From NCBI GenBank assembly GCA_918797485.1, contig CAKKNE010000003.1:1-64000 (forward strand): a stretch of 64,000 nucleotides of DNA, written 5' to 3'. Under the pieces are notes generated by a model. The model saw only the letters and a list, made by a program, of their open reading frames with translations, was not told the DNA's origin and did not search any database. This DNA is from Pelagomonas calceolata. Lineage: Eukaryota. A program made the position numbers and the translations under genes. Shown piece after piece: positions 20,377 to 31,262 of the stretch (within the stretch, counting starts at the first letter, position 1; each line of letters begins with the position of its first letter).

Positions 20377-20895
20377 TTATTCAATCCTCAATTGCGCGAT
20401 GACCCGGCTCGCGCTCTCGCGGTACCTCCGGTACTTGTCCCAGACGCGCGGTGGAACGGGTTCGGGCTCGGCGTCGGCGTCGTCGTCGTCGCGGTCGATA
20501 TCGGCGTCTGCCGGCGCGGCTGCGGCCGCCGCGGCGGCCTTGTTCCGCGCCGCCGCGGCCTTGGCCGCTTCCGCGACGGCGCGGGGCGACCGCGCCGGGG
20601 CCTCGCCCGCGTCCCTTGGTCGGGCGCTACATCGGTCTCGACGTCGAACTCGACGGCCTGGCGCGCGAAGGCGCCGTTCGTATCACCGCCACCGCGCGAC
20701 GGCGCCGCGACGTCAACAGCGACGTAGGCTTCGTGCGCCGCCTGCAGCACGACGACGTCGTCCTCCCTGCGGCGACGGCGACGGCGCCGCCGCGAGGTTC
20801 TCGACGCGCCATCCTTCCTGCTTGGCCTTTTGTTTTTTTGACGGCGCGGTGGCCGACGTGTAGAGCTTTTGCGCCGCGCGGTACATCGACGACAT
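20377..20895 (-). CDS. Hypothetical low-complexity protein with frameshifts
   Basis: ATG at 20895. Coding-like phase continues through shifted frames to ...VWDKYRRYRESASRVIAQLRIE*. Confidence 0.4.
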
Positions 20896-21243
20896 GTTTT
20901 GTTTCCTCGCGTGGCAGCTGGCTGCCCTGTTGTCACACCGAAATATGCGCCGCGGCGCGGCAGCCCTTTCAGCACCTGGGTAGCCTCGGTGCGAGGCGAA
21001 GCTGCCCTGCTACGAGAGGTGTCTGAGTGGCGAGGCGTTCGCGCCCTTATACAGGGCTGGGATAAGCCTTGTCTGCGGACTCTCTGTCCCAGCGCCAGGA
21101 GCAGGGAATTGGGCAGCCCAGCCCGCCGGCAGTCCCACAGCTCGCCTCGGTGACGCCAACCCGGTCGTAGCGCGGTCTAATCCCGCCTGCGCCCACCGGC
21201 CGCGCGCCGACGCCGCATCCGCTCCCAGCAAAGGCACACAACA

Positions 21244-22980
21244 ATGGGCAAGAAAGACAAGATCGACCCGGCCGAGGGCGCGGAGGTCGCGCCCGAGTAT
21301 CAAGCCGGCGTCCTGGCCATGGCCCGCGCGCGCATGGAGGCCAGCAACGCCGACGCCGAGCAAGGATTGGCGGAAGCCGCGGCGCAGACGCAGCGGCAGC
21401 GCGCCGCGCACGCGGGCCTGGAGGAAGAACTGGCGGAGGTGCGCGAGGACGCGCGCGACCAGTACTTTTTCCTCCAGCAGCAGCTGGACGCGGACTTTGA
21501 GCGCATCGCAGCGCTGGAGCGGCGAGCGGTCGTCGACGGCGTCGAGCTCGACCGCGCCGAGCGGCACCACAAGGCGCGGCTGGCGCGGTCCCAGGCGAGT
21601 CACGAAGAGGCCATCCGGGCGCAGACGCGCCGCGAGGAGGACGCGCGGGTGGCGCTAGCTGCCGCGCGCAAGGAGCTGTCGCTGCCTCGGCCCGACGACT
21701 TCGTGGAGGAGGCCGAAGTCGAGGAGGCGGAGCCGCCGCCGCCCGTTGTCGAGGCTCGCAAAACATCCAAGTGGCGCGCGGCGCTCGTGACGCCGGCCCT
21801 CGAGCGCATGCTCGCGCCCGAGACGCTGCCGGCGCCGCCGCCCGCGCCGGACGCGGCCTCAATCACGGCGGCCGCGGCGCGCTACGATTTCCCGACGGGC
21901 GACGCGTACGATCGCGCGCGCGCCGCGCGCGCTCGAGCCGCGCTGCGGGCGCGCCGTGCGGACCTCGAGCAGACCCTGGCGAAGGAACGGACGTCCTGGG
22001 AGCGGTTCCGCATCCGAGCGAAAGAGGAGAGCCGGCGGGACGTCGCGAAAAGAGCCGAGGCCGCCGCGAAGAAAAACACAAACGTTTCTGCTGAACAGAT
22101 TACGAAGGACGTGGACGACGCGCACCGCCAGAAGCACGAGGAGCTCAAGCTCTCGACGCGGGCGCTAAAGAAAATGATACGGGCGCACCGCGCCGCGTGC
22201 GACCGGCGGCGCGTCTTGTTCAACGAGGTGTGCGTCGCCGAGGACACGGCGCGGCAGGCCGAGGCCGCGCTCGAGGTCGAGGAGGAATTCCCAGCCTCGC
22301 CGGTGCCGTCGACGGCGTCGTCGGACAAGGCGGTGTCGCCGCCGAAGCCGCGCTACTTGGATCTGGCGGCCGTGGCCCCGGGCGAGGAGCCGCGGCCGCG
22401 CCCGCACCAGCACCCGGGAGCGCTGCTGCGCTTGACCGAGAAGGACGCGCGAAAATACGCGCTGCGCGTCCAGATGCTGCGGAGGAGAGGCGCGGCCCAG
22501 CTTGCGGCCGCGGACGCCGTCGTCGCGCTGGTCTCAAAGTGCGCCGTCGACGCGCGGGCGGACGCCGAGACGGAGGCGCGCCTCGCGCCGACGGCCTACG
22601 ACGGTCTCGACGCGGTCTTCCCGCCGTCGCGGCCGGGCTCGCGCGCGGCCACGGCTCAGGCCGTCGTCTACCCGCGGCGCGCGGCGGCGCTCGCGGCGCA
22701 GGACCGCGCCGCGCTCCTGGGCCGCCTCGCCGCGGCGGCGCACGCGCACCGCGTGGCGCTGCGCCCCTTCGTCGAGGAGACGGTGGACGCGATCCGCGGC
22801 GGTGACGTCCTCCTCGGCTCGCCCGGCTCGCCGGAGCCGTCGACGGCCCGGAGCCAGCTGAGCCAGTCGTCCGTGGCGTCGTCGCTCTCCGCGTTCTCGG
22901 TCGCGTCATCGCGGCGGAAGCAGCAGCGGGACTTCTTCTCGCCGGTCCAGGTGTTGCCGCGCGTGGCGCGGCGGCGTTGA
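21244..22980 (+). CDS. Hypothetical coiled-coil protein
   Basis: 578-aa ATG ORF with A/E/R-rich helical segments. Confidence 0.7.
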   Translation: MGKKDKIDPAEGAEVAPEYQAGVLAMARARMEASNADAEQGLAEAAAQTQRQRAAHAGLEEELAEVREDARDQYFFLQQQLDADFERIAALERRAVVDGVELDRAERHHKARLARSQASHEEAIRAQTRREEDARVALAAARKELSLPRPDDFVEEAEVEEAEPPPPVVEARKTSKWRAALVTPALERMLAPETLPAPPPAPDAASITAAAARYDFPTGDAYDRARAARARAALRARRADLEQTLAKERTSWERFRIRAKEESRRDVAKRAEAAAKKNTNVSAEQITKDVDDAHRQKHEELKLSTRALKKMIRAHRAACDRRRVLFNEVCVAEDTARQAEAALEVEEEFPASPVPSTASSDKAVSPPKPRYLDLAAVAPGEEPRPRPHQHPGALLRLTEKDARKYALRVQMLRRRGAAQLAAADAVVALVSKCAVDARADAETEARLAPTAYDGLDAVFPPSRPGSRAATAQAVVYPRRAAALAAQDRAALLGRLAAAAHAHRVALRPFVEETVDAIRGGDVLLGSPGSPEPSTARSQLSQSSVASSLSAFSVASSRRKQQRDFFSPVQVLPRVARRR

Positions 22981-23348
22981 TTTTTTGTTTGTGTAACCTT
23001 TATCAGTCCGAATCACTGGGTAGCTTTGGGCAGCTCTTTGGGCGCGCCGCGGATCTGCGCCGCGGCTGAAAATCGTTTTTTGACTTGCGGACGCCAGATT
23101 GCAATTCGAACGGCCTCCGCGCAGCCCTAAGGGGCTCGTTTCTTCTTTCGCGTCGCGGCTCGGATGGGATGGGCTAGTGGCGATGCCTCCAAACTGAGTC
23201 GAGAGAGGCTGCACCAGGGCAAACTCACAAGCAGCGCACCACCGCAGGCCTAGAGCTGGCAGTTTTTGCGTTTAAGAAGTGCGCCTAACATACAGCTCAA
23301 AACTGGGACCGCAAAAAACGCGCATCGCAGCGAGTGCCATACTGCACC

Positions 23349-25052
23349 ATGCGGAGGCTGGCCGCGCCGCTGATACTCGCGGCGCACACAAATGCGCTGC
23401 TCGCGGGCCCGCCGCTCAAGCAACAAACGCGACCGTGCTTCGCGCCGGCCACCGCGCCGGCGGTGGACGACGAGACGGACTTTGTCTCCGCGGACGACCT
23501 CGAGCGCGAGGCCTTCGCCGAGGAGGTCGTCGTGCGCAGCAAGGGCCCGACCGCGGCGGAGCTGCGCGCGCGGGCGTGGTTCGAGGCCGCGCTCCAGGAG
23601 GCCGAGGCCGACTACCCGACGCGCGCGCCGCCCGTGGCCCTGGCGAGCAGCGAGGGCGTCGCGGCGCTTGAGCGACCCTCGGTCGTGCTCCCGTCCAAAA
23701 AGCAGGAGCCCTGGCGCTTCACGCGCTTGGACGACCTGTGGCGATGCGCGCCGACGCGCGAGCTCGCGGACGCCGCGCCCCTGGCGCCGAGCGACCTCGA
23801 GCCGTGGCTGCCCGCGGACGACGACGAGCCCGTCGCGGTGCTGGTCGACGGCGTCGTCGACGCCGCGTTGTCGAAAAACCTCGGCTTCTCGTCCGACCGA
23901 AAGAGCTGGGTCGGGTCCATACGGGACGCGCCGCCGGACGTCTTGAAGGTGATGGGCCCCCTGCACGCGTCACTGCCCGAGGTCGTGAAGGAGGAGTCCA
24001 TCCCCCAGCGCGTCTCCTTGGGCGGCGGCGCCTTGTGCGGCCTCAACGCCGCGTGCGCGCCCGACGCCGTCGTCGTCTGGGTCGCGGACGACGCGGACGC
24101 CCTGGCGGTGGCCGACGCCGCGCGTGCGAACGCGCCGGACCGCGTCGAGTCCGAAGCCGCGTGCGTGCGCGCGCACGTCGTGCACGCGCGACGGAGAGCC
24201 AAGGGCGCGCAGCACGCGCGGACCGTGATTTCGACGGGCGCCGGCGCGAACGCCGCCGTGCGCGAGTCCTTCGTCGGGTTTACGAAGCTGGACCGGTTTA
24301 GCGCGCTCACGAACGCGCGGACGACCTGCAGCGTCGGCGCCGGCGCGACGCTGACGCACGTGTTGGACGGCAACGAGGCCGAGCAGGCGCACATCCACCA
24401 CGCGACGGCGGTGTGCGCCCGGGACGGCGCCTTCCAGTCGCGCACGCTGTCGGACGCGGGCGCGCTGTCGCGCGTCTGCGTCGACTGCGACGTCGCGGGC
24501 GCGGGCGCCTTCTTCGACTTTAGCGGCGTGCAGCTCGGCGGCTCGGACCAGAACTTGGATCTGCGGACCGCCCTGACGCACTCGTCGCCGGACGCCGACA
24601 GCGCGCAGGACATTCGCAACGTCGCGGCCGAGAACGCGAGATTAGTGTTCAAGGGGCGGATCGACGTGCCGCAGCTCGGCCAGCGGACGAACGCGGACCA
24701 GCTCTGCCGCTCCCTTGTGTTGGACGACGGCGCGGCCGTCGACGCGATGCCCTCTCTAGAGATTGTGGCGGACGACGTCAAGTGCACGCACGGCGCGACC
24801 GTCGCGGACCTCGACGAGGAGTCCATCTTCTACCTCGAGAGTCGTGGTCTGGCGCGCGCCGACGCGCGGGCGCTGCTCATCAAGGCGTTCTGCTTCGAGC
24901 TCGTCCAGAAGACGGACGACATGCTGCCGCGCGGTACCTTGGACCGGCTCGACGCGAAGCTCTCGAGTTCGAGGGCGGCGGAAGAAGAATCGGCGGGGAC
25001 GGTACTCGAGCATCTGCCCTGGTTGACTCGCTTTTCCGTACAGCTAGCTTGA
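23349..25052 (+). CDS. sufD: Fe-S cluster assembly protein SufD, probably plastid-targeted
   Basis: PSKKQEPWRFT, VFKGRI, QRTNADQ, PSLEIVADDVKCTHGATV, FYLESRG, plus an N-terminal signal peptide. Confidence 0.92.
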   Translation: MRRLAAPLILAAHTNALLAGPPLKQQTRPCFAPATAPAVDDETDFVSADDLEREAFAEEVVVRSKGPTAAELRARAWFEAALQEAEADYPTRAPPVALASSEGVAALERPSVVLPSKKQEPWRFTRLDDLWRCAPTRELADAAPLAPSDLEPWLPADDDEPVAVLVDGVVDAALSKNLGFSSDRKSWVGSIRDAPPDVLKVMGPLHASLPEVVKEESIPQRVSLGGGALCGLNAACAPDAVVVWVADDADALAVADAARANAPDRVESEAACVRAHVVHARRRAKGAQHARTVISTGAGANAAVRESFVGFTKLDRFSALTNARTTCSVGAGATLTHVLDGNEAEQAHIHHATAVCARDGAFQSRTLSDAGALSRVCVDCDVAGAGAFFDFSGVQLGGSDQNLDLRTALTHSSPDADSAQDIRNVAAENARLVFKGRIDVPQLGQRTNADQLCRSLVLDDGAAVDAMPSLEIVADDVKCTHGATVADLDEESIFYLESRGLARADARALLIKAFCFELVQKTDDMLPRGTLDRLDAKLSSSRAAEEESAGTVLEHLPWLTRFSVQLA

Positions 25053-25283
25053 GACTATAGCAGCAAAGAGGCAGCTGGCACTGAGCTGCTGGCACCAGGC
25101 TCGGAGTCAGAGGCTGTTTTAGCACATTCATGCATGTCGGCGGACGCTGAGCTTCGCAGTGGCTCATGAGTATATGCCCTGCACGTTTCACAGCAAGAGA
25201 GCATCGCTGGCGTGAAATTTAGCCGCACACACTGTGAGAGCAAAACACCTAAGCGGCTGTGAACGAGCTTCACGCCCTTATCG

Positions 25284-26195
25284 ATGGGTTTAGTCGCCTC
25301 AGTGGGCAGCAAGGCCATGCAGCCTCCAGCGCCACCGACGTACGCGTTGGTCCCGGACGGACAAGCGTGGCGCTTCGACGACGACTGGTCGCCGCAGAAC
25401 AACTACAGGAATGGCTGTCCTATCGTGTTTGCTACCGGCTCCGGGCAGACAGCGAGTTTGGCGCACACCGTGACGCTGCGGCCCGCAGGCGGCAATCGCG
25501 AGATAGCACTCCTGCACGTGTACTCGACGGAACCGTCGCCGACGCGACCGACCTTACTCTACTCCAAGGGTCGATCCTTCGACATGGGCCAACTTCGTTT
25601 CCATTGCGTGCAGCTCGCCGCGTCTCTCGACGTGAACGTGCTCTACTACGACTACTCTGGCTACGGCTTCAATCGGCTGGGGGTAAAGCCGTCTGTTTCC
25701 GCTACGCTCGACGACGCGAAAGCCGCCGCCGCGTATCTCGAGCACGAGTTGGGCGTGCCTCCGTCGCAGACGATTCTCTACGGCTTTTCGCTGGGGAACG
25801 GGCCTACTGCCTACCTCGCCGGCGACTTGCTCCGCGGAAGGGGCCTACGGGGGGTCGTGCTGCGTTCGGCGTTCATCTCCGGCGTCGCGGCGGCCACGGA
25901 CGTTATTCAAAAGCATGCCATGAGTTACGCTCCTGTCGGCGGGCTCCCGTCGTTCCTGGACGTCTGGCCGGTCGAACGCCTTTGTGCGCGCTTCGATGCG
26001 CCGACCCTGGTCGTCCACGGCGGACGCGATGAGTTATTGTCGCCTTGGCACGCGGATCGCATTCTGAGAGCGCTTCCCGAGGAAACCCGCGTCGAACCGT
26101 TCCTCCGAGACGACATGGGGCACTTCGACGTCGAGCGGCGGCCGGACTACCTTGAGCGGCTCCGGACCTTCGTCCACGACGAGACTACTGTGTGA
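25284..26195 (+). CDS. ABHD17-like alpha/beta hydrolase
   Basis: YDYSGYG, ILYGFSLG, VVHGGRDE and MGHFD motifs. Confidence 0.85.
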   Translation: MGLVASVGSKAMQPPAPPTYALVPDGQAWRFDDDWSPQNNYRNGCPIVFATGSGQTASLAHTVTLRPAGGNREIALLHVYSTEPSPTRPTLLYSKGRSFDMGQLRFHCVQLAASLDVNVLYYDYSGYGFNRLGVKPSVSATLDDAKAAAAYLEHELGVPPSQTILYGFSLGNGPTAYLAGDLLRGRGLRGVVLRSAFISGVAAATDVIQKHAMSYAPVGGLPSFLDVWPVERLCARFDAPTLVVHGGRDELLSPWHADRILRALPEETRVEPFLRDDMGHFDVERRPDYLERLRTFVHDETTV

Positions 26196-26223
26196 AAGCC
26201 TAGTGTATGTAAAAAACTTGAAT

Positions 26224-27450
26224 TTAAACGAGCGGCGGCGCGCCACCGACCGAGTCGTACCGCAGCCCCTCGTGCGGCGCGGCACCTATCTTCAGGGCCT
26301 CATTTTCGACGCGCAGCGCGGCCCACTGGAACCGCCGGAACACCTCGGCGACGCCGAGCAGCAGAATGACGTGTTGCGCCACGACCTTCTGGTCCGGCGA
26401 AACGTAGACCGCCCAGCCCAACCTTAACACGAAGTTCGAGGCGACGGCGGACGGGTAGAACCACGCCGGGAACCGCTTGTGCTGGCGCGGCAGGCCCCAG
26501 TCCATGTGCACGTCCCAGAAGAAATTGCACAGCGTCGACGTGAGCGCCAGCGCGAACCAGGGCACGCTATGTTGCGCGCGTATCGACTCGGCCACGAGCG
26601 CGATCTGCAGAGAATATTTGCCGGCATTCCAACAATTCTTTCGTCGGTGCGCGGCATCATCAAACGCCGCCCGCAGCGACTGGTTCAGGCGCACGACAAA
26701 GGGCAGAAACGCGAGCACGTAGCCGATGTGTATGTATGTAGCCGAGTCAGTGTCGCAGTCGAACACGATGGCGAAGCCGTACTGCGCGTCGGCGAAAATT
26801 TTCGGCATGCTGCACAGCACGTCGGCGACGAACGTGCGCGCAAATGTCACCTTCGAGAAGGGCGACACGAGCACGGGTCCCACCAGTTCCAGCGCGAGCG
26901 CGCGCCGCGCCCCCGCGGCGCCCGGCGTCGCCAGGCACGCGCCGGGCGCGCGGTCCTTCGGCCACGCCGCGACGAGGAACGGCGCCATGAAGGCGATGAG
27001 AGGCAGCGTGTTGCGGAACTTTCGGGCGCCGGGCACCGCGTCCGGCGCTAGTAAGAGCAGCGCGAAGAGCACAAAACACGCGAAGACGATGACGAAGCAC
27101 GCATAGCTGTAGGAGAGGATCGCCTGGTACGTGACCGCCGGCGACAGGTGCAATGCTCGTCGGAAATCGACCGAGTTCCGCCGCCACGCGAAGACGACCG
27201 CGCCGTACAACAGCCCACAGAGCGACGCCAGGAAGGCCGCGCGGTACAACGGATAGGGCCAGCCGCAGATTACGCTGATTGCGCCGGCCGTCGGCGAGTA
27301 GGACGCGACCATGAGGAGGATGGACGCGATGAATAAGGTCAGGGTCGTGCCGCTGCCGAGGCCCAGTAGGAACATGCGCGTCTTGACTATGTCCATGTGC
27401 ACGCGGTGCTGCGCATCGCGGAACGTTATCCGCGGCGGCGTGGCCTCCAT
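26224..27450 (-). CDS. EXS-domain membrane protein (ERD1/XPR1/SYG1 family), no SPX domain
   Basis: FVADVLCS, NAGKY, FWDVHMDWGL, NFVLRLGW and EVFRRFQWAALRVENE motifs. Confidence 0.9.
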   Translation of the reverse strand: MEATPPRITFRDAQHRVHMDIVKTRMFLLGLGSGTTLTLFIASILLMVASYSPTAGAISVICGWPYPLYRAAFLASLCGLLYGAVVFAWRRNSVDFRRALHLSPAVTYQAILSYSYACFVIVFACFVLFALLLLAPDAVPGARKFRNTLPLIAFMAPFLVAAWPKDRAPGACLATPGAAGARRALALELVGPVLVSPFSKVTFARTFVADVLCSMPKIFADAQYGFAIVFDCDTDSATYIHIGYVLAFLPFVVRLNQSLRAAFDDAAHRRKNCWNAGKYSLQIALVAESIRAQHSVPWFALALTSTLCNFFWDVHMDWGLPRQHKRFPAWFYPSAVASNFVLRLGWAVYVSPDQKVVAQHVILLLGVAEVFRRFQWAALRVENEALKIGAAPHEGLRYDSVGGAPPLV

Positions 27451-27455
27451 GTTTA

Positions 27456-27695
27456 CTAGGCGAACGCCGCGACAGCCGCGGAGGCGACCTCGGCCAACTC
27501 GAAAAAGCCGCCGACGCTCACGCGCAGCTGCTTGGCGTCGTCGCAGCGGAACGTGACGACGACGCTCGCGCCGTCGACGCGGCTCTCTCGTTGCACGGAG
27601 GCGCTCAGCTCGGCGTCCACGGAGAGCGCGGCCTCTACCGCCTCGGCGGATCGCGCGTCCTTGTAGTCAAACGTCAGCGTCGCCGTGTAGCGCAT
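27456..27695 (-). CDS. PCC1: EKC/KEOPS complex subunit Pcc1/LAGE3
   Basis: 79 aa: AEAVEAALSVDAEL...VVTFRCDDAKQLRVSVGGFFE. Confidence 0.85.
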   Translation of the reverse strand: MRYTATLTFDYKDARSAEAVEAALSVDAELSASVQRESRVDGASVVVTFRCDDAKQLRVSVGGFFELAEVASAAVAAFA

Positions 27696-27892
27696 GCGTG
27701 ACGCGCGTCCCGCGGCAGAGCTCTGGACGACCGCTGCTTGCCTGCCTTATTGCCTGAGGCACTACTGGTCGCAATGAGTGGCGTCCGCCCTCGACCGCTG
27801 TGACCTCGACCGATAGCCGGTTCTCCGCAACTACGGCACCGTCGCTCGCGGGCAGTGTAGCCCACTGCGGCACGAGCGCGCGCCTCGAGGCT

Positions 27893-27916
27893 GCTAGCGT
27901 CCAGTAAGACACTAGC
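27893..27916 (+). promoter_or_regulatory. Conserved intergenic motif, copy 3
   Basis: GCTAGCGTCCAGTAAGACACTAGC, about 200 bp upstream of the Pcc1 ATG. Confidence 0.6.
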
Positions 27917-27936
27917 CGCGTTTTCACTACTTGTTA

Positions 27937-28734
27937 CTACATCATCTCGAGCCACTTCTGGCCGTCGTCGTCGAGCGGCGAGAAGTCCGACGTGAAGTCG
28001 GCCGCGGAGGAGGACATCTCCGCGATGCGCTTGAGGCGCCGCCGCTCGCGCCACCGGCTGAAGAGCAGGCAGAAGAGCAGGAACGCCGCCAGCGCGAAGC
28101 AGGTCCCGATCAGAATCGCCCCGCGCCGGCCGACGAGCGTCAACTCCGCCTTGACTTCGACCTCGCGCCGCGCGGTGGGCTGGAACGTCGTCGGCCGCCG
28201 CGTCGGCCGGTACTCGTCGGGCTCGAACTTGCCCATCTGGTCGCAGAACCGCGTCAGCTGCAAGTCCGTGTCGCCGAGGACGCAGGTCCCGTCGAAGGGG
28301 AACCGCCGGGCCGCGCGCGCGAGGCTAAAGGGCTCGTCGTAGCCGCCGACGACCATGCACGACTCCTTGGACGCCGTGGCGCAGGTGCAGGCGTCCAGGC
28401 CGCCCCGGTCGTTGCTCGCCATCGTGACGACGCCCGCGCCGTCGCAGTATCGCGCGCAATCGTCAATTTCGATCCGCGCGCAGTTCTCTTCGCACCGCGG
28501 GTCGTAGGGCTGCGTGTGCTCCAGCCAGACCTTGTCGTAGCACTGGCCCGCTTGCATCGTGTACGTGAAGGAGGGCGCGGGCGTCGTCGGCGCGTACGTC
28601 GGCCGCGGCAGCGTCGGCGCGTATGACGGCGCGTCCGTGACTTCCACGATCTTGAAGATGGTCTCTTCGATGTGCGTCGGTGATATTGTTGTTGGTACTT
28701 GCGACGGCGCGGCCGTGCCGTCGTCGCCGGCCAT
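27937..28734 (-). CDS. Hypothetical single-pass membrane protein with Pro/Thr repeats and a Cys-rich domain
   Basis: 265-aa ORF with PT motifs, a Cys cluster and a C-terminal TM helix. Confidence 0.7.
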   Translation of the reverse strand: MAGDDGTAAPSQVPTTISPTHIEETIFKIVEVTDAPSYAPTLPRPTYAPTTPAPSFTYTMQAGQCYDKVWLEHTQPYDPRCEENCARIEIDDCARYCDGAGVVTMASNDRGGLDACTCATASKESCMVVGGYDEPFSLARAARRFPFDGTCVLGDTDLQLTRFCDQMGKFEPDEYRPTRRPTTFQPTARREVEVKAELTLVGRRGAILIGTCFALAAFLLFCLLFSRWRERRRLKRIAEMSSSAADFTSDFSPLDDDGQKWLEMM

Positions 28735-29345
28735 CGCTGCGATGGCGTCTATTTGCTCGTGCTGTCTGGGCAGGGCTCCTTGTGGTGTGCGTCGACGGTT
28801 CGCTGCCCGATCGGTGCGGGCGAAAATTTGCGTTTCGTGGCAGCCCCTGGCTGTAGTTCAAAGGCAGCCCTCGGCGCGTGCAGCAACCTATTTGTGTGCC
28901 AATTTTGGGCAAAAATAAATGGTTGCGTGCGGGTCTCTGCGGCACACTGCGCCTCACGGCTCACTTGCCTGTCCATAGAGTCGTCTCGAACCAGCCGGCG
29001 GTTGTATGGCGTTTATCGTAACCAAACGCGGGACCGCGGGCCCGCCGCGCGGGCCACCAAGGCCGCAGGAACTTAACCAAAGCCTCGGTAAACTCCCCAA
29101 GGCGGTATTGAGACTTCTTTATGGGTGCGCTCTGGCAGATCTGGCACCTCGACTTGGCCATGCAAAGGACCAAGTAAAGGAGCCAAAAAGCGGTGTGCCA
29201 AACTCGAGGCTCGCGCTGCCATTCATCGGTATCTCGGAGCGATGCTACAGCTAACAAAAACCCAGCACTAATCGTCCAGTGCTAACGCGCCGCTCCTTAC
29301 AAAACAGCAGTCAGGGAACAACTGGAGTCAGGGAGGGACCACAGG

Positions 29346-31262
29346 ATGGACGCGAAAATCGGCGCGTACGGCGCCTTGCCGTCCGCCGAGCTGCCAACGA
29401 CGACGACACGACAACCGCCACGCCGCGAACGGCTCGCGTGCCTGCGCCCCGCGCACGTCGCGGCCGGCCTCGTCGCGATCGCCGCCTGCGCGGCCCTGGC
29501 CGAGCGCGCCCGCAAGTTCCTCGCGCAGCCGCCCGCGCCTCCCGTGTGCGACTGGCGCGCGCCGGACTATGCCATCGTGGGCGGCGGGCCGGCCGGCTCG
29601 GTCGTCGCGTCGCGCCTCGCCAAGGACGGCCAGCACTGCGTGTTGATTTTGGAGGCGGGCGGCCCCTACCGCGGCAACCCCGACTTCGGCGAGGCCTGGG
29701 ACCTCGGCGAGATCAAGGAGACGGACCGGACCAAAAACCCCGCGCCGACGGACGTGCCGCGCATGTGGTCGGACGTGTCGCGCGTCGACAATCTGAGGTG
29801 GCCCATCACGTCGGCGGTCGTCGCGAAGATGGTCGGCGGCTGCGGCGCCATGAACGCCATGATTTATCTAAGAGGACTACCCTACGACGTCGCGCGGTGG
29901 AACGTGAGCCGCTGGTCGTGGTCGGGCGTGTCGTCGGCCTACGCGCGGTTTGAAAGACGACTAGATACGCGGGGGCGCGTGGCGCGACGGGGCGGCGGGC
30001 CGCAGCGCGGCTGGGCCGGGCCGCTCGCGACGCGCCGCGCGCCGCTGTACGAGCAGGACGCGCTCGCGCAAGCCTTCCTCGAGACCTGCCAGGCGGCGGG
30101 CCACACGCTGGTCACGGATTTCAACGCCCAGACGTCGCGGGGCAACGTCGCGGGCCCGTACCATTTTAATATTGACGAGCGGGGCCGGCGCGCGTCGGCG
30201 TACGCATCACTCCTCGAGCCCATACAAAATGCGCCGAACGTCAAGGTCATCACGCGGGCGACGGCGCGGCGCCTGCGGAAGGACCACGGCCGAGGCGTCG
30301 GCGTCGAGTACGTCGTAGACGACGACGACGACGCGGTCGTCGTGCGGCCGCGGCGCGGCGTCGCGCTCGCCGCCGGTGCGCTGAACACGCCGCGCCTTTT
30401 GCTCGCGTCGGACCTGGGCGGCCGTCGCGTGGGCCAGAACCTCCACGACCACCCCGTCGTGCCGCTCAAGTTGAGACTGTCGACGGAGGCGTTCTACCGG
30501 ACGCCGGGGCCCTTCGCCGCCTTCAGCGAGAACGGCGCCGAGACGCTCTGGGCCTCGCCCGGGACGAGCGTCGGGGCCTTCCTCCGCTCGAGCAAGTGCG
30601 AGGCGAACGCGCCGGCCGACCTCCAGCTGACGCTGTTCGCGCCGGGGCAGGAAGAACCGCACGTCGACGAAGTCTTAGCGGACAAGGAGAAGTCGCGCGA
30701 GTTCTTCGTGAAAAGAGACGCCTTGGTCACGGTAGCCTTATTACGACCGCAAGCGCGCCACTCGATCGAGCTGAACGTGTCGGACCCGTACGGCCCGCCG
30801 CTCATCCGACGGGGGCCCCAGGATCCGACGTGGTACCAGCCGCCGCGGTGCCCCGAGAGTTTTTGTAGGACGGACACGGCCTGGGTGGAGGACAGCGACG
30901 CGGCCGTGCTGCTCGAGGGCATTGATTTTGTTGCGCGCCTCACGGAGACGCCGCCGCTCAACGGCGCCGTGGACGTCGTCGACAAGCCGCCGCCGACGGA
31001 CGACACGGCCCGCCTGGCCTGGGTGCGCGCGCGCGCGCTCACGAACTCGCACTGGGTCGGCACGGCGGCCATGGGCGATAGGAAGGACGACGTCGTTGAC
31101 GGCGACCTGCGGCTGCGGGACGAGCCGTCCGTCGTCGTCGCCGACGCGTCCGCGATCCCCGCGATCCCCAACGGCAACGTGCACACGACCGTGTTGGTGG
31201 TGGCCGCGCGCGCGGCGGAGGCGCTCCTGCGGACTTCGCCGCTCTACAACGACTGGAATTAG
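29346..31262 (+). CDS. GMC family FAD oxidoreductase (choline dehydrogenase-like)
   Basis: IVGGGPAG, LILEAG, VGGCGAMNAMIYLRG, VGQNLHDH, HWVGTAAMG and VADAS..P.IPNGN motifs. Confidence 0.92.
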   Translation: MDAKIGAYGALPSAELPTTTTRQPPRRERLACLRPAHVAAGLVAIAACAALAERARKFLAQPPAPPVCDWRAPDYAIVGGGPAGSVVASRLAKDGQHCVLILEAGGPYRGNPDFGEAWDLGEIKETDRTKNPAPTDVPRMWSDVSRVDNLRWPITSAVVAKMVGGCGAMNAMIYLRGLPYDVARWNVSRWSWSGVSSAYARFERRLDTRGRVARRGGGPQRGWAGPLATRRAPLYEQDALAQAFLETCQAAGHTLVTDFNAQTSRGNVAGPYHFNIDERGRRASAYASLLEPIQNAPNVKVITRATARRLRKDHGRGVGVEYVVDDDDDAVVVRPRRGVALAAGALNTPRLLLASDLGGRRVGQNLHDHPVVPLKLRLSTEAFYRTPGPFAAFSENGAETLWASPGTSVGAFLRSSKCEANAPADLQLTLFAPGQEEPHVDEVLADKEKSREFFVKRDALVTVALLRPQARHSIELNVSDPYGPPLIRRGPQDPTWYQPPRCPESFCRTDTAWVEDSDAAVLLEGIDFVARLTETPPLNGAVDVVDKPPPTDDTARLAWVRARALTNSHWVGTAAMGDRKDDVVDGDLRLRDEPSVVVADASAIPAIPNGNVHTTVLVVAARAAEALLRTSPLYNDWN

